A program made the translations under genes and the position numbers. A stretch of 63,977 nucleotides of DNA, the filler included, from Dimargaris cristalligena (taxonomy: Eukaryota), in NCBI GenBank assembly GCA_003614675.1. It is 3 parts of 3 records of this genome, joined end to end, with 100 filler letters (N's around TTAATTAATTAA, not from the genome) between each part and the next. Parts side by side here need not be neighbours in the genome. Positions count along the whole stretch, not along the records: positions 44,822 to 63,977 come from ML002737.1; 2 more parts are not named here. One strand, written 5' to 3'. Below the pieces are notes generated by a model, which saw only the letters and a list, made by a program, of their open reading frames with translations, did no database searches and was not told the origin of the DNA. Positions 61,466 to 63,977 of the stretch are shown in pieces; the first letter of the stretch is position 1; every line of letters starts with the position of its first letter.

Positions 61466-63977
61466 ATGTATTCTCCAGTAGACCCCGCCAAAGACTCCCA
61501 TGTTGGTATACCTGCGGTTCCGATTGATTATCAGCCTGCGACTGATTTGCCTCTTGGCAAACCCCGCCAATGTGTGGAAGGCTATGCCAGTTGGTTGCAC
61601 CCCTTTCCTCTTCCGACCTCGGCAGAAAGTGGACAGCCTGACCCCACTCCACCCTGCCAAATGGCCCTAGCACTTCTCCTGAGTCGCTACCACCGCCAAC
61701 CCGCCGTCGCTTTCGCTCACTGGACTGGTCCAATCGGGATAGGCGAAACAGCTGGGCAGCAACTCAGCCTGGTTCTCGCCCAAGTGAAGTCGGATGTTCC
61801 ACTTGACTCTTCTATCCTGCAGGAGACTGGGTCCGACTCTTTTCCCAGCTTCACCGGCCCGGTGGCTGAAGTCATTCTTCACGTCGACCACATTGGGCTA
61901 AGTAAAAATCACCCAACGTCACCCCTAACCGATCATATCGGGCAACTCAGCGAATCTGACGCTGACCCGTCCTCTGCTGCGATTTTGCTTGAGACGACCG
62001 CCCGACTCATGGTTAGCTGCGAGTGGTGGCATGATCAGGCCCGAATCACAGTCACTTATCCCCGAGCTCAATACCGTGGATTGGCCGTGGCCGAGTTTGC
62101 CCTCCAACTGGGTACCGTTCTATTAGCTGTAGTGGAGACCATAGGCCGAGACCAACCTGTCCTAGTGCGTGATATTCCCTGGGTCAGTGCCAATGAACGA
62201 TCCCGCCTGATGGAGTTCTCTCGCATGAATGAGCCCGTCCAAACAGTCGAGCAACCAGTCCACTGTCTATTCAGTCAGTGTGCCCAGCGTTACCCCCACC
62301 ACCTTGCCTTGACTTATGGCCCCGACAAATGGACCTACTCCCAACTGGACCAGGTTACTTCCAATCTTGCCCGAGTGTTGATGGAAGAATATAGGGCCCG
62401 GCCGGAGGTGCGATTTGCCATCTTCATACCCAAATCCGCTGCATTCAACATCACCATGCTGGCGATTTTCAAGTCCGGCGCCGCCTATGTTCCCATTGAC
62501 CCCGACTATCCTATCGAACGTATTCAGTACATTCTCGAGGACAGTGGCGCCCTATTGACTATTGCCACCAATGCCACCCGTGACCGCCTGCCGACCGACT
62601 TGACTGCAACTGCTCTTATTGTGGACTCATTTCTTGACCACTCTCAAAACCCCGATGCCCCACCATTTACCCCATATCCGTCAAAATCAAATGCCCTAGC
62701 CTATATGATCTACACATCAGGTACGACGGGTCGGCCCAAAGGAGTATTGGTGGAGCACGGTGGGGTAGCGAGTCTGATTACCGACCCATATCTAGCGAAA
62801 CACTTCGGTCCGGGTAAACGGACTATCCAGGGTATGTCCGTGGTCTTCGACGCCTTCTTGGTCGATACCTTGCGCACCCTATGTCATGGAGGCACGCTGG
62901 TGGTCCCCGGCGATAATATCCTGGAAGACATGCGCACCATCACTAGCGGTACATTTGTTCCCTCATTTGTGGCCCGCCTCGATCCTAATGACTACCCTAA
63001 TCTGGAGCTAATTGGGCTGGCTGGCGAGCCCATCACTCCCGAAATTCAGTCAAATTGGGCTCATCGGTGCCGCATGATTAACTATTACGGGCCCTCGGAA
63101 GCGACAATCTATAGCCATTCGATTGAAATCGGTTCTGACGACGATATTACCATTGGACAGCCCATACACAACACTTTTTGTTTCATTGTGGATGACCAGC
63201 TTCAATTAGTACCTGTCGGAGTCCCCGGCGAGCTTCTCATTGGCGGGATTGGTCTAGCCCGAGGTTACCAAAACCTCCCGGAACTTACTCAAACCAAGTT
63301 TATTCCCAATCCCCATGGACCGGGCCGGGTGTACCGGACCGGTGACCAGGCCCGTTGGTTAGCTAATGGCTCCATCGACTTCTTGGGTCGTATTGACAAC
63401 CAGGTCAAGCTGCGTGGGTATCGCATCGAGCTGGAAGAAGTCGAGTCGGTGAGCGGCCACTTTCCAGGTCTCAAGCAATGCGTGGCATCAGTAAAGCATG
63501 ATACCCTGGTGCTTTACGCTAGCCCCACGGATTTGGACCAGTTGGCCCTGCTGAATTATCTAAAGGAGCGGCTGCCCAAGCAGATGGTACCCGGCCTAGT
63601 GGTGCTTGTTGCGGAGTTTAAAACGACGGTCAGTGGTAAATTAGACCGTAAGTCTTTACCCCTAATCAACCACTTACTGGGTGGCCTATCTAATACTGAA
63701 CCCACCAGTCCCGATATTGTTGTTCCCCAGACCGACTGCGAACGTGACCTTTGCCAGGTCTGGGGTCAGGTCCTACACTTGGATCCCAGCTGTATTAGCA
63801 CCAAAGATCACTTTTTCTGTCGGGGTGGTGATTCCATTTCAGCCATTATACTGGTCTCCAAGAGTCGGCAGTTGGGGTACGAAATGACAGTACCCCTGGT
63901 TTACAAGTATCCCGAGCTTCACCATATGGCCCAGAACGTACAAAAACTGAATTCATCCATTGTGGATACAAGACCGG
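61466..63977 (+). CDS. Nonribosomal peptide synthetase, 5' part (degenerate N-terminal region, adenylation domain, PCP); runs off the window end
   Basis: Reading frame from ATG 61466; the translated upstream part and the core motifs are in one frame. Motifs: A1 WTYSQL, A3 YMIYTSGTTGRPKGV, A4 FDA, A5 NYYGPSE, A6 GELLIGGIGLARGY, A7 YRTGD, A8 GRIDNQVKLRGYRIELEEVE, A10 SGKLDR, PCP FFCRGGDSI. Probably absent from the ORF track because no stop falls inside the window. Confidence 0.96.
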   Translation, partial: MYSPVDPAKDSHVGIPAVPIDYQPATDLPLGKPRQCVEGYASWLHPFPLPTSAESGQPDPTPPCQMALALLLSRYHRQPAVAFAHWTGPIGIGETAGQQLSLVLAQVKSDVPLDSSILQETGSDSFPSFTGPVAEVILHVDHIGLSKNHPTSPLTDHIGQLSESDADPSSAAILLETTARLMVSCEWWHDQARITVTYPRAQYRGLAVAEFALQLGTVLLAVVETIGRDQPVLVRDIPWVSANERSRLMEFSRMNEPVQTVEQPVHCLFSQCAQRYPHHLALTYGPDKWTYSQLDQVTSNLARVLMEEYRARPEVRFAIFIPKSAAFNITMLAIFKSGAAYVPIDPDYPIERIQYILEDSGALLTIATNATRDRLPTDLTATALIVDSFLDHSQNPDAPPFTPYPSKSNALAYMIYTSGTTGRPKGVLVEHGGVASLITDPYLAKHFGPGKRTIQGMSVVFDAFLVDTLRTLCHGGTLVVPGDNILEDMRTITSGTFVPSFVARLDPNDYPNLELIGLAGEPITPEIQSNWAHRCRMINYYGPSEATIYSHSIEIGSDDDITIGQPIHNTFCFIVDDQLQLVPVGVPGELLIGGIGLARGYQNLPELTQTKFIPNPHGPGRVYRTGDQARWLANGSIDFLGRIDNQVKLRGYRIELEEVESVSGHFPGLKQCVASVKHDTLVLYASPTDLDQLALLNYLKERLPKQMVPGLVVLVAEFKTTVSGKLDRKSLPLINHLLGGLSNTEPTSPDIVVPQTDCERDLCQVWGQVLHLDPSCISTKDHFFCRGGDSISAIILVSKSRQLGYEMTVPLVYKYPELHHMAQNVQKLNSSIVDTRP

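Overview
Eukaryotic genomic DNA with GT-AG spliceosomal introns. Gene content and an intronless bacterial-type NRPS suggest an early-diverging fungus, possibly a Dimargaris-like zoopagomycete (inference only). Two artificial 100-nt linkers (N44-TTAATTAATTAA-N44 at 22372-22471 and 44722-44821) split the window into three pieces that may not be adjacent in the genome. Conserved genes are IPI1/TEX10, MAK5/DDX24, MTG1, a CM1/centrosomin-motif coiled-coil protein, an importin-13-like karyopherin, tubulin cofactor C, ARP3, condensin subunit G and Aurora kinase. Less ordinary genes are a 5-exon coiled-coil gene whose C-terminus resembles ICE1 of the little elongation complex, a secreted protein with five hevein/CBM18 domains, a voltage-sensor-only membrane protein, and the 5' part of an NRPS missing from the ORF track. 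The CpG-poor repeat regions hold six copies of a ~136-bp TIR element (GGG...CCC ends, 4-bp AWWT target duplications, Sola-like). One copy is nested in another and one interrupts a pseudogenised secreted F-box-like gene. There are also a solo-LTR-like element with TSD and a long decayed inverted repeat.
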